NCBI GenBank assembly: GCA_000934665.2 | Contig: KZ538057.1 | Location: 1 to 64,000, forward strand | Direction: 5' to 3' | From: Catajapyx aquilonaris | Lineage: Eukaryota | DNA length: 64,000 bases | Shown: positions 24,701 through 38,741 of the stretch, in pieces | Layout of the letters: each line of letters begins with the position of its first letter | Numbering within the stretch: the first letter of the stretch is position 1 | Notes under the pieces: generated by a model | The model's database searches: none | Told to the model about the DNA's origin: nothing | What the model saw: the letters and a program-made list of their open reading frames with translations, nothing else | Translations under genes and position numbers: made by a program

Positions 24701-27700
24701 ATTTTAAATAATAATTTGTACGAGTTTGAAATTGAGATGAATAATGCAAATTATCGTCAAGATATGCAGAATAAAATTTGACGCAAGCCTACTTAAAATG
24801 ATGAACAGAAGATGGATTCACACGTCGTTGTAATCGCACAATGTTGAAATTACGCAAACGTTCAGACAAAACAACGATTATAATGTCAAGGTCAACATTT
24901 ATAACTTCGTAGGTATCTCTGACTAGTTCGTGACCACAAAAATTTTATAATTAAATATAATGAATAAACTCCAACGCTTGTCATGATTAGATGAAGTTTA
25001 TACGAGCAATACATTTCAAACTGAATTCCAGTTTTATGGCAGTTACTTGCTGATTTTGTCACTTTAAATTTCCAGCATTATTAAAGCTCCCACCCACGTG
25101 ATTACTATAATTCCAATGACATACTATTACATGTCTTCCCCGAGTATAAACTCACTAAGATATAATTGCACGAATTTGGGAAAATATGCACGTCGCATCT
25201 ATTATTTCTGACCTCGACAGAGAACGCCATGTGATTGCCCATGAGCAGGAACTGAACACATATTAAAATTTTACTCTTACGACACTTCAAGCTCACCTGC
25301 CACCATTAAAGTGTAAGGTGCTATTTTCGATTACCATCGGCCATTCTGGCATTGAATCGCCCAACCCCTCCTCGTGACGCACAGCATAAACACCCTTACA
25401 AAAGTCGTGCTCTCTCCGTCCTTACTTGATAACATCCCGAAACTGTCACATGTCCTTTAAAAAAACTGCATCCTTCGCATACAAAACGAGTGCAAGTATA
25501 TGTGCACATACCTTCATCCCACACACTCCTACACAAGTCTCCGACAACTAACTGGTTTCAATGGGGAGTGAGTTTCATCTAGGAAGCCATATGGTAAGCT
25601 CGACGACGGATGGGGGCGTACTTAGGAATTCACATCAGGTGCTTCCGGGTCTGTGCCGCAGCCCTTTTGCACGTTAACTTCTTTCTGAGCCGCGACATTC
25701 AATTTTACACAAAAGAACACTACCTTTCTACAATGAGCCCCTCCTTTTCCACTCCCAATTCGCAACCGTGTACCATACTGTATGTAAACGGTGACGACCC
25801 ATTCCACTTATGAGGCCTATTGTTTTCAAGGAAGGAAATAGCTCAAATGAAAGAAAAAAAAAATCTCCAAGGGAAAAGCCAAAGGGCCTGAGAAACACAA
25901 CACAACCCATCCCAGATTTCTGCATGTTCGTGTGAACCCCGCAGAGAAACGGGGTCGCATTAGCCAGGAAAGTACATGCATTCCGTCAAATGACAGCGAA
26001 AATGTCCTCATTCTGATCAAGATTTTCCAACTCTTTCTGGCCTCCAAGATTTCGGACCAGTCTCCAGCTTAAAGTGTCCTAAATGAGTGCTGGCTCCTTT
26101 TAATTTGCATATTAAACACAGAGTGATGTCACCAGTGTGTTGTCCTCGTTGAGCCCCATAGGTTGATGACTCTTGAGAAGAAAAAAAATATATAGTGATC
26201 TCTCTCTTCCTACATGCACTTGTCCAGCGGTTTATTTCGGTGGAACATAACAGCTGTTAATGAAACAAGATGAGACCGTCTGTTTGTACACTTTCACTCA
26301 GGAGAGTCAGCTGCATGTCGGATCCTCTCTGCATGTTACCGTTACACCTTCGCACAAGTAACGGATCATCAATCTGGCCTTCCCAGCTGGCTGATTGAGA
26401 ATTGGCAAACCACGTGAGAATGCTGCTTGTTTAGCAATTACAACAGTTTAAACTCTGCATTTTTGCTTGGTTTACAAGAGCTTGAGAAATGGCACGGGTG
26501 CAGCTTGTGGCGGTTTTTTGGGATGCAGAAGAGCTTTCACCACTGATTATTTCCTTGGCTTGTTTCGATGTCAGGTACTGTTAGTTGGTGCGTCTTGCCG
26601 GAGCCATCTCATATGTGATATATGGATGTCCCTCATCCAACACCGCCAATTTATCGTAATTCGCTAGTCTTTTAATGATGCAACATACTGGACGAAACAG
26701 CAGTAAATTATACATGCACAAAATAATATCTGTAATTTTTATAATGCTTCAGAACACGCCATGCTGTACGCACGACATGCTGGTTTCTGTACACAACACT
26801 ATGTTGATGTACTCTGGTGTCTAGTTTAAATTTCTAATGAGCTTTATGCTTGCAAGCTAAATTTTTCAGGCGAGCTCCTCGCAAATATCACGGCAGCTCA
26901 TTTAGCACAAATGTCCTCATTAGTGCCACTGAGGCAACGTTATTAGTTTACAAGAGAATATACGAACTTCACTAGAATGGAGACAATTAATAGAGCTGGT
27001 TAAATTATGCAGGGCTTATCGCACAAGGTTACACACTGCTAAGGTCGACACAATTAAGAACGTGACCGTTTACACGATAATTCAAGGCAGCTCGTTATCA
27101 GTTACAATAAGCTGCAATGCCGCAAAATGTAATCGGTACATTTAATGCAGTTTCAAGAATAAAGACATCTGAATAGGTGTTTCCGGTTCATTTGTGACCT
27201 AAAAGCATGACAAGCTTTCGCTGACGCACTACTGAAAAGTTTTCCTTCCAATGAACCATGTTTCCGAGAAGTCGCACACAAAAGAAACATCGTTCAAGTC
27301 ACAAAGCTGCTGTATAAACTGCCTGTACCCTGACGCAACTGCTTGCTCATAGACCTTAAAAATTACAAGCTGTGAAAACTAGTTACTTCGTTTTTACAGT
27401 TCTGTGTGGTCATGAGAAGAAAAATACCTCATCTGTACTGTTTTTTTTTTTTTAATTGTACAGCTGGAAACTGATCTGCGATAATATTTTCTCGAACCTC
27501 TATGACGAGCAATCTTCTACAAATCATAGGGTTGAAGAAATTCCACAAAAGATCGCAAGCAGAACGGGCCACACATTCTGCCTTTTCATCAGCCATGTAA
27601 AACTAGGCCTCCATTTAGTGCCGGTGTACACAAATAACATACATGGATCGTACAGCAACTAATATTAATTCGGCATCGAGCTCTAATACAATTATTATAA

Positions 27701-30700
27701 TATCTATACATTAACATGCAAGTTAAGCAAAAATAACTGGACCGAGGTATAAAATGCGACCTCGAGTAAACAATCTCAACATTTTCCGTGGTACGTGGGA
27801 TGTCAGGTGCAATTCAGAAATGAGTGCAATTCTAGCTCAGTGACATTTCAGCAAAGGGTATCTAGGCAATCACGTTGGTTGATACTGACGTGAGGCTCGA
27901 ACGGTAGCTTATAATCAGCGCAAAATTAAGTAGCATGCATGACCGTAATCAGATTACAGCGAATATGAGGACACAATTTGTGGCTCGGTGAAACCTGTGA
28001 CATGAAATACCCAAGCCATTTCCCTTCATAAGTCAGTAATGGAATTAAGTACTAATTATCCTTTTAGTGTCATACGATGCGTCATTTTCCTCGGCACGTA
28101 CTGGACAATTGGTCACTACCCTTATTCTGAAAATATCCCTCTACAAATCTCAGGTCACGCTAAGTCACATGTCCCCCAGACAAATGTTCGCGCAATTTTA
28201 GCTCCGGGCCAAAATATCGATGTTACATCATATTGCATTGCAACACCATCTGCCTCAGCCAGCATTCCCATCAGTACAAATGGTCTAGGAGTAACGATCA
28301 CTATCTCATGACAATGGAGAAAGCCCCCAATCAGTGACTACTGCCACTACTCACCGCGAATCTGAATGCAAATGGTGGATTCAGTTCCGTAGCACATTAA
28401 CTCCAACGTCCTTGATGAGCCTTTTGTTAAGCATCGCCTATGCCCTTCACCGAACTCTTGGCTAATATCTACCCAATCACTTAGCACCTAGATGGTTATT
28501 TTTTTTTCCTTTCCACCCAACAAAATAAACGCTCACCAACCAGGATGGGACTTCCAGATAAAATTCCTCCAGGATGAGCCTCCTGACAGTCTCTACCTCT
28601 ACTAAACCTATGTAACCGAGTGCCTATAACCCCTGAACGAACGGGACCCAAGAGAGCCAGCCTCTGCGGAAAGATTGGCTCCTTTTCTCAGGGTCGCTGC
28701 TCAATTAGCACACACACACACCTACCCCACACATCGCAAGGACAACACACTAGACGTAATATCCCTCGGATTTTCCAGATGGGGCTAGGTTTTTGAATAA
28801 GTGATGCCATGACCACCAACATGGACCGTGGCGTCATCGTCTCCTTCCGACCTTATCAAGGATTCCGCTGCTTGACATGCAGTCGGCGTATCTCGGGCAC
28901 TCGCACCGTTTTCCCAGCCACTGCCGCCACATCCTGAATAGACTACATGTGAAGAATTCAGGCCGTATTATTTAACCATGAGATTCTATTCCTGACTCAA
29001 GAAATGGCCAGGTTTTTGCCTAAAATTCGGGGATGTTAAATACACCTCCGAAAAAACTGACCAGTACAGCGCTGCCTTGAAGTGACCCACTTTCATTATT
29101 ATGGTAAGGAGAGGTGCATGCCAATCGCAATTCCAAGGTAGACTACAGCAGCCCCGACAGGTATATCTTTTAAGGAACCGCTTCCTCCTATCGAATCTCC
29201 GGCCCACTGCAAAAGGAGAACTCGTTAGGAACATTCCTGACACGAATAGCTACCTTTTTTTTTTTTTTCAAATGGCAGCATTACTGCTAGGACGTAATGG
29301 CATCGCACATTGTGGCGACACATTCGTCCTAGATCGGGATCCAGGTGTGTATCTGTTCATTTGCATATTCCCGACGCGTCATTCCATCTGTGCCACTCCC
29401 AAAGTGAGTCAATCATTTGGATGTCAGGAACTGGCATGGCATGTGGACCGTTGACATTGGAAGGCCTCGGAAGTGCAGCAGCATTGCTTTGCATGCAAAT
29501 CATATGACAATCCAGTCGAACGGCAAACCCATTCCAAAAGCCTCAGGTACAGTAATGATGACTGGCATTTTCGTTGATTTTCTGTTTGCATCTCGCAATG
29601 GAATTTCGCACGGGTTGCGGGATTTTGACAGTATCCATCGAAACAATTTCCAGATGAGAAAACCAGTTCAAGTCCAAAACTACTGAGAAGACTTCAATTC
29701 TCGCACAACAAGTAATACCATTGAGTTTCGGATATTGGAACACCTACATGAAGAGTTATAAACACTGCCGGATGTGGTGAAGTAATCGCGTAGTGTAGAC
29801 GGATGCTGTATCATGAGACGAGCCCGGAAACCGAAAAGAAACGACATCCCTTAGCCCTAATTAAAGAATGCTCTAATCATGTGAACCGTACCGATGTGGT
29901 CAACCAAATTGGATGTAAATCACCATTGATACTAGGTGGCATTCAGTAGTTTTCCTTTATTATCCTAGGGTGGCAGACCTTGACGACCACATCAGGGTTT
30001 GTTAAGTTGGTACATATAATAGCAATGAAAAAGAACCTTTGATTTTATTGTTCAAGTGTATCAATCAACCTTGAATTCCGCATACAGGTACTGTATAATA
30101 CCTTTTTATTTCCTGCCTAGTGTGATCCACGTGACATTTGGAAATAATTCTTGATAATATTCCGTCAAGTCTATTGCATTACATTTACATGTATCCCAAA
30201 GAGGATCCCATAAATTCAGTTCCCAATTACGTATTATCGTAAATATTCGTTGGCATAACATTGTGGCAAGCTGACCTGTGTGGCTTTTACATAGTAAAAG
30301 TCAAATCAATCAATCATTGGCGTAAAAATAACACTTCATCAACACAGTCACCTTGTGTAAGGTCGTGGTCACCATGAGGTCATGTGCTCCTATAAACACT
30401 CGCTTTTTGTTCTCCCTTGGTATAACGTGACAGGCCATAATATCACGTACTGTGTGCTGAACAGGACGCAGTCCTTGGAGATACATTCTGATCGCTGGGT
30501 TCCACTGTCACTGTGATTGTTGAAATTCTGCAGATATTGTGAAATCAGAATGGCTTGCATCACGATAAAATGTAAGCATAAATAAAGTAGACACATTTGC
30601 GTCCTCATTTCATCCGGAAAAATCATCCCAATAATTTCCTGGCTCATCATTAAATAAAGCAAGATTACTTCATGAAGTAAGCTAATCCAACCGCGGTCAA

Positions 30701-31465
30701 TCAGTTCAAAAGTGTGAAAGAACTTTCACAGTGAGGAACTCTGTTGAACAATGACATTGATCCAGCAAATCTGGCTTTCACGAATAATTATTCTGGCGTA
30801 GGTGAAATATTCAGTAATCCCTTCCACAAATCCAGGAGGGTGGCTCATTAAAAATTCTACACTTCGCCACTTCATCACTTGTTCATAAATGTCATTCGCT
30901 TGCTCCTGTAATAAATTCATTAGTGGCGGAGTAGTGATAAAATGCATGTTTAAAACCATATCTTCACATTTCAGAATGCAATTTCGCTCCATAATTGAGC
31001 TCCTGTTGCATTCACGTCATTCAACTAGAATGGGTTTCACATCTCCTGCAGGCATACAATCACGATCTCATTGCCGCCATGCAATTCTAGTAATCAAACC
31101 AACTGACCTTGTCAAATTAACTTTTTTGCCTGTATTATGTCCCTACTACTTCCTACACCATATTCAGAAGGCCGCCAAATCTTCGCCCTGACACGCGCAA
31201 ACCTCCTAACATGGCCTGCATGAACTTTGTACAAATATGAACCTACATGTTTAGCTGGCAAGAAGACTCGGTCGAGAACAAGAATCTTGTCCCAAGGACC
31301 CCAGGACCGGTGGATCCCTTTTCAGATCCAACCCACCTGACTAGTTCCAATGCCAGAATGAAACTCTTGACGCACGCTATACACCACGGGTAAGAAGAAG
31401 AAAAAAAACCGTGCTCAAGATTTTCATACTAAAAGATGCACCGTTGCTTTTCCTGTGAGACCATA

Positions 31466-31517
31466 CCGGGTGATTCAGGGCGACAACTTGTTCGACAAGA
31501 TCCTCTGAATCACCCTG
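31466..31517. mobile_element. 52-bp mariner-type mini-MITE
   Basis: TA|C(C/A)GGGTGATTCAG...CTGAATCACCCTG|TA: a TA duplication with mariner-like CAGGGTG termini. Confidence 0.7.
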
Positions 31518-34500
31518 TATAGACGGGCAGGTTTAGAATGAATGAAGGAATGCCGCCTCGTAAATCGCCACGGAGACACCCATTCGCGGAATTGCCTATT
31601 TCCGCCACCTCACCTCACCTGCCAACCCATTCTGGTTTTATGCACTGTTTCATTTCCCACCGTGCAAATTCCACACCTCCCAGAGACCATTTCCCTCAGA
31701 ATTGCAACCTTGGCTGTATAGATCCTGCTCGCTACATATCAGTCTGATCTAAGTCACAAACTGGACAAGGGCATAGAGCCAAGTGCATGCATGCACTCAC
31801 CGAATTTCCAGTACTTTCACCCTATTCGGTGGCCGAACAAAATGCTGGACCAGCTCCTTTTTTTTCACTTGATGCACAACACAGGTGAGTCTTACCTCTC
31901 CGCGCCTGAGGAAGAAGAGGATATGACTCATCAAATTGCGTAAGTCATGCTTACACGTCATGGCCGCGTAAAAAGAAGTTGCTTACAACATGGATCACCT
32001 AGTGCTGCTAGGGGTGAATCCCCAGTACAATGGTATGACTCGTGCACGACATTGCCGCGACAGGTGTCAAAATCCACTAGTAAAAAAAGTTGTTTACACC
32101 ACCTGATCACGCTCAGAACTTGCCACAAAACGACAATGTAGTAAACCAACATATGCAAATGGTGGCCGTGACAAGTCCACAACTTTATTGGCAACCGAGT
32201 AATTAAACATCATGTAAAACTTTTGCTTCAAAAATGTTGATAACAATCATCAGATTACCCCTAATTTAAAAGGGCACGCCAGCACAAACAAAAAAAAAAC
32301 ACTTTCGAACTGTCGGAGAAAGGGGCACAAATGGCAGGCAACTCAAAAAATTATGAGCATTTTGCAAGCAAAAATAAAAATTTTAACACCGTACAACTTT
32401 CACGTCATTCGCAGAATTACATGTACGTCATTCCATACAACCAGCCCGTTTCAAGGGTTTTCACCTCCTACACACAACACATGCAATAACACATTTCACT
32501 GCAGGATATATGAACAATCAATGAAGCTGAGACGAATAATGCACTCCCCCCAAAAAATCACAAGCAATATGAACCATTATTCCGAATCAAATTATTTCTG
32601 GCCTCTTTCCCCCACTATGCAACTATATGGCCTAGTTCCCAACATTTTTTTTTTTTAATTCGCCTAAAAAAAACAATCAGCCTCCAGTCCACATCACTTT
32701 CCTGCTAATTTCTCAGCCCTCCTCATGCTACAATATAGTTTTTGTTTCAAGCCTGGGAGAGCCCAAAAATTCACGGTTCAGTAAGCGAAATTATCAATCC
32801 CGGCCGGTCCTGTCCTCCCTGGCTCTGGTGGATGTAAATGAGTTAATCATGCCCCTGCAATTGTGCTACAAAGTGGGACAAACGCATCCGAGGGGAGACC
32901 CCCCTACAGCTCTGTGCTTTTTGGACGCGAGAGAGAATCGATACAAGAGCACTTCCCAGTATATAGCAAACGGCCGACCCATTTCCAGAGATACATACTT
33001 CAGAGATAACGAAACGTAATGGCCATACTCCAGGAGGAGGCTCCAGATAATGTCCTTTTAGCTCGTTTTTTTTAAAGGACGCCAAAAATGCTATTCATTT
33101 CGAATCATAGTGAAAATGGCAAGGCTCGTTTATGGCACATAAGCGACGCCTGTCACGTATCCTATACAGCTGGAGACCCGTGACTTGGCAGGTAATTACA
33201 CCATTACTGCCGGATCACATGGTCCAGATCAAGAAATCCTGGTGGCTGCCGCCAAGATTCGTTATACGGATCATGCGAGTGTCAGCAGTTATCTGTCAAG
33301 CAACAGGACTTCAGATGCAATATACTGAGTTATTCACAACGAAGCACATTTTTATGGCGAATTCGGCGCCTTTACGGTCTGCTGGCGTCACTTGGTCAAA
33401 TGACCTAACTTTGACACTCCGATTGTCTCTGCCACACATTATGATCCAGCAATGTCACTATTTCGGAGCAACCCCATGCCTACCTTAGTTCATAAACAAC
33501 CTCATGCATAATTGCAAATCCTACCTTATTCAACGTTTCCCAAAATTTCCAGGCATAATCCAACTGAAGCTTACGAGCACAATAAATGCAACCCCTAACT
33601 TAACACCAGGTTCATGAAGCCGGACAGGGTCTGCCTCCTGGCTGCCACATTAGCATAAAAAGTGCAACAACAATCCCCTTTAGAATCGTATCGATCCTAC
33701 CCCACGAGACGTTTCAGAGCCAAATAAAACAAAAGCCCTCCAGGAAAACTTTCCAGCTTCCCACCACCACATCTCTAATCTCCCCAGCAAGAGACTCTGA
33801 GGTCACCACCCGAGAACAAGCTCTAAACGCCTCTAAAGTGACTTCTGTTACAATAATTTGCCGCCACTCTTACGCAACAGCCCAATAAAGAGGGTCATAT
33901 CTGACATCACTCATATATGAATTTTAATTTAATATTTTAATTAGAAATCTTGTTTTACAAACGGTTCTAACAACATGGCCATCAACCGTGCTTATTTCTA
34001 CGAAACATGGATATTTCCAAGACATCCTTGCCTGCTGACCCTTAGCTACTTTTCCATCCAGGCCACTTGTTACCGTCGTTACCTCACATAAAAAAACAGC
34101 ATATACTCCTCATGCAATATTCATGAGTCGCCAAATAGCGGCGGCTCTAGTTCCCGAGGTTATTGTGCACCTATATAAAGTTGACACACGTGGGATGAAG
34201 GGAACCCCACCATAGACGAGCTGGAATGTATTTTTTTCTACTTTCACCTGGACACAACAAGGTCGGGCATCACAGCTGCGGGCCTTCCCTTTCATCCTGA
34301 GTTTCCAAAAAAAAAAGAAAAAAGAAAAAAGAAAAAAAAAGTTCCGGATTCTGGTCACGACAAAAAAATTATTCCCAGGGATGTCCATTCATCCGGAGCG
34401 TAATTTAATATTTTAGACATAATTATGACGGGGTGTACAGTCATGCGCTAAATAAGGCACACCGTACTTGTTGCATTACCGGCGCAACCAAATCACGATT

Positions 34501-36422
34501 GACCAACAGCTGTTCCCTAGTGACCCTGGGACCAGCCGATACCATCCCTTTTAATTTCCCTGCAGGGAAATAAAACTGGCAGAGGTGCAATCACCAGTCC
34601 ACGGGGCTAATTGGGTGAGCGCAAGAGGCCTGTGGGGGTGTTGCAAAAAAAAAGTAACTATAACGGCCAATTCCATCTCTCTAGGGCCTAATTTGCAAAC
34701 AAATGGAGGCCATGCGTCGCTAAATTTCCATCGTACAGTCAGATGATGTGTACGGGACTTGACTCGGGCAAATCAACAGGTCTGTATTGAACCGGTGTCC
34801 GATGGCATTCCGATGTGTCCGTTGTTTTGGCAAGTCCAGGAAGCAACAATGCAAGGAAGATAGAAGTGTGTTCTTGCGTCACAAAAAAAAAAAACAAGTT
34901 GCCATGCCAAAAGGGTGTGACTTCATTAACGAACAATGGTGCATTCATCAGGCCAAGCTTTCTTGTTCTGCACATTGCCGCTCAAGTGCAACACTGCAGT
35001 TTTTTTTCGCAACACTGGTCCAATTACTATGGGATGAGTGGGCCAATAGTGGGTTGGCAAATCTGCACATCTTATAAGTACAGCTCTTCCGTCATAGGCT
35101 CGGTGATATGAATCACTATCGCAAGCATATATTGAACATATTGCCATACTTCAAGGACGGGTTCCGGGGTGGTCGTAAAGGAATCAAGGAAGTGTCGTAC
35201 CCTGATAAAAGTATGAGCCATATATTTCGAATGAAATGTTCACAAAGGCAAATATAGGGCATGAAACGGTTCCGGTACTCGTCGTGCGTCACATTTCGCA
35301 AATAACAGTGATATTCATGGCTGAAACCAGCTGTATTTGTGTTATTTTGTCATTAAATAGAAAGTACCAACTTATTAGGCGAGCACTTTTATGAGTCATG
35401 TGAAACAGTGCCATACCATTGTAGAAGGCCCTGAATATGGCCCGATTGAGGCTAGTGTTTCTGAACAGCACATTGTCCCACTATGCCATATTGACTAACC
35501 GCCATTTATGAATAGCTATTCACCACTCATGGCTTGTTGTATGCAAACCGGTGTGTGAACGCTCTCGTTGGAAATAAATATGTACTTTCTCTGATGCAGG
35601 CTGCCATGCTTTGTTGATACCGCAGTAAATAAATCATCAAAGGGAATGTTGGCCCCTAGGGAAAACTCAATAATTAACATCCTACAAAAATTCTAAGCGC
35701 CAACCTGCCTGCACTAAATACCCCTTCTAGCCCACAAACTATTACCAAGTTGGTCACGGTCAGGACTCAAGAGCGCAGCATCCCCCTCACAAAAATCATC
35801 AGCCCGCAAAAGTATGAAAAGAATGATGTTGTGTCATTCATCCAGCCAAATTGCAGTACTTAAAAAGGTGCTAAAATCCTGACCTCTTCCATCATTGTGC
35901 AGCCAATGATGCGGTTGGGCTGGCATTAATAATCGGTGCATGCTGCCTTGCTATACTGTCAGCAGCAACAGTGTGATGAGCAGTCCTCCAAAAAAGAGCA
36001 GGATGAGGAAGTTTGCATATATAATCACCCGCCCCTCTTTCCACCTTCACGGACCCTGCTCTTTTCTGCCCCTTGACTCTCTGCAGACTCTCCCATCATC
36101 ATTATCCTCCATCTCATCATCACCGTCCAGGTGTGAATCCTTGCAAGACCCTTTTTCCTCTACTTGTACCCATAACCCTGGTTTGGCAACATACTATTGA
36201 TAGGTCATAAACACATGGTTGCCCCAATACTTTCCAAACCATGACCTGTATATTCAACAAGGTGTTTGGTAATGATTCAAACTCTAAGATCTTATGAGGT
36301 CTCTCTGTCCTCGCATGGGTTTTCTCCTGTTTTCCAATAAACCAAACCAATATTGAGATTGCAAACTTAAAGTATTTATAAAATATCCATGCAGGTATGT
36401 GAGCAAGCCTTTTAAATACAAA

Positions 36423-36690
36423 CCCTGGAACCATGCCGTGCCTACGAGTATTACGGCAACTGTGCCGTGGGGTCTTTTCGGACCCCACCACATTTCAATT
36501 TTTATTAATTATTATATAACTTAATACTTTTCAATGTATTGAACAATGCCTAAAATGATCGCTAATTCAAAATAAACCTGCACTTCCTGTTATATACTGT
36601 AAAAAAATGGCAAAAGTTCATTGTAATGATCATTTGAATGGATTTTTTTCCCTTTGACCTCCAAAAAGACCCCACGGCACGGATCCAGGG
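36423..36690. mobile_element. piggyBac-like MITE
   Basis: CCCTGGA(A/T)CC(A/G)TGCCGTG..GGGTCTTTT terminal inverted repeats. The right end is followed by TTAA; the left TTAA is degenerate. Confidence 0.65.
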
Positions 36691-36926
36691 TTAAAATTAA
36701 ATTCCTACATAAGTTCGAATTTCTGTTTTGATACCTGTACAATTAAATAGTTATACTAGCATTCTATTATTTATTTACTGCCCATTTTACTTCCCAATCC
36801 TTACAATTCTGGTGGGGTAGTTAATACAATATTACTTCACTTCAGAAGTTTGTCTGCCTAACCACAAATCCATTTCAGGAGCAACATTGATGTCTGCTAG
36901 TTTGAGCAGTTTGTGCATGTACTCAC

Positions 36927-37300
36927 CTGTTAGTTCTTCACGCCTGGATCCCGCCTGCGCCTAGTGTATACAGAAGAGTCCTTCCCGGACCGAGATTGGC
37001 CAACCCACTGCACTGGTTGGAAAAAGGCGAAAAGCGGCGGATCGGAGGCTGGAAAGTGCAGGCTCGCCATCTGGGGACACGGCTTTCAAACCGGGGGAAA
37101 CCGCGGGGGGACAACCACCGGTCGACAGGTCTTGGGTGTCTGCGGGGTACGTTCCGGTTGATCTGGCCCGTGGGCGAGACTGCGGGCTGCCCTGGGAGTG
37201 GGGTGTCACGAGCGGGATGGGGCCGGGGGTTGGAGAGACGGAGAAACCCTCTTTTCGAACGAAGGCACGATCACAGCCGTTTGGAAGGACGCCATTACTT
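36927..37300 (-). promoter_or_regulatory. Probable distal promoter and non-coding first exon of the RhoGEF
   Basis: GC/CpG-rich block ending in a consensus donor CAG|GTGAGT at 36926, facing the RhoGEF. AATGGCG motif near 37290 with an AT-rich upstream flank. Confidence 0.55.
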
Positions 37301-38741
37301 GTACTACGATAGTCAACAGAGGATGCTGGACGTTTAAATTTTAAATGCGGATTATTAATTTAATCATCTATTATAAATATGCCAAGCTCATTAAGTGCAA
37401 TATTAAAATAGTCGTCCTCACATAACAAATTAATAATAATGTAAGTAATATGGATGTTGATTTGAATGGCGCCAAGTTTGAACCGGAGAATAAGCCCATT
37501 GTGTAATGACACGAGTTCAGTAATTAATAAATAATTGGATCTCCCTTCTATGACCTCTTAGAGGTTCCAAACCCAATTTGACTTCACTGTCCTGCTAATG
37601 ACAGAAAAAGGGAGAAGCTGGGGAGAAAAACCACCTGTAAATGAAGGTATACTGTATGTGTATGCACAGTACGTATTATAAGCAACCACAGCTCCAACTG
37701 TATTCTTCCCATCACCTTTATGACGTTCACATTCTGCTACAGTAGGATTTAACAAGATATAATTCAAGGGAATGTGTTTTATTCAAATCTGTTCAAGTTC
37801 TACATGCCGTACCTGTTGATGCAACCCATGAAAATCTGCTTGTTTTATGTGGATTGCAAATGTAATTAAATTATGAAGTGGATTGTGCAGTTCCATTCCA
37901 CACACAAGAGTGCTACCATGGCCAAAGCATATGAACTCAATCAGGTTCATCAGTTAGGTACAATCAGTTTCACAGCGATTGACAAGTATTCCATTCTCTC
38001 CATATGGTAGTCATATTGACCAGTGTTAGTAAGCATTTAAAATGTGATCAAGTACATCATTCTGACTCGGCGCTAAACAATATTTACAAGCCCGACACAC
38101 CGATTCACTTGCCCAAAACGCAAGACCAAATTAAGGCATGGGAAACAATGCCAGCTGCATATTTTGTAGGTAATGTAGCATTGCCAATATAGAATTTATT
38201 CACATTTCTTTTAAAAAATGTAAACCAACCTCCTTGTTTGAATCTGCTTCCGAGGCCAACCTTAATGTCAAGGGGTTGTTAAGAGTTGAAACTTTATTAT
38301 GCAAATCTAAATATGACACATTCTTTTTACAGAAAGTGAATAATAATTAATAGCAATAATAATTAAGAGGTACACAGACCAAACAGTAAATAACAGGAAA
38401 TGCGAATTCAAGGTTGAGTGGGGGGGAAATAAAAACAATGGTGCAATAGTTTTGATAGGAGCATAATACATGCAGAGCCCAAAAAGTGAGGCTCGTATGT
38501 TAATTATCACAGGTTGCACTTTTCTTTTTGCCCTTTTGCCTTCTTTTCCCCTGCCCCAAAAAAACTTTCTCACAATGCTGCACACACCAAATAATGCTCA
38601 CACGAGACTATAAACTGTAAAAGACACACGAAGTCCTGCATACTCGGGGATTCTTTTTGGCATCTCTTTTGCCTTGTCACATTATCCTTCCTGTCTGATT
38701 CGAAAGCTTAATTCACCGTTGCACTAACTTTGCAAACTCTT

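Noticed and set aside
30390..30992. Two adjacent minus-strand ORFs of ~90 aa
   Set aside because: No recognisable motif or convincing splice structure.
31880..31900. Back-to-back splice donor consensus on both strands (CAG|GTGAGT and GAG|GTAAGA)
   Set aside because: The minus-strand site could be a RhoGEF UTR exon, but nothing else supports either site or an antisense gene.
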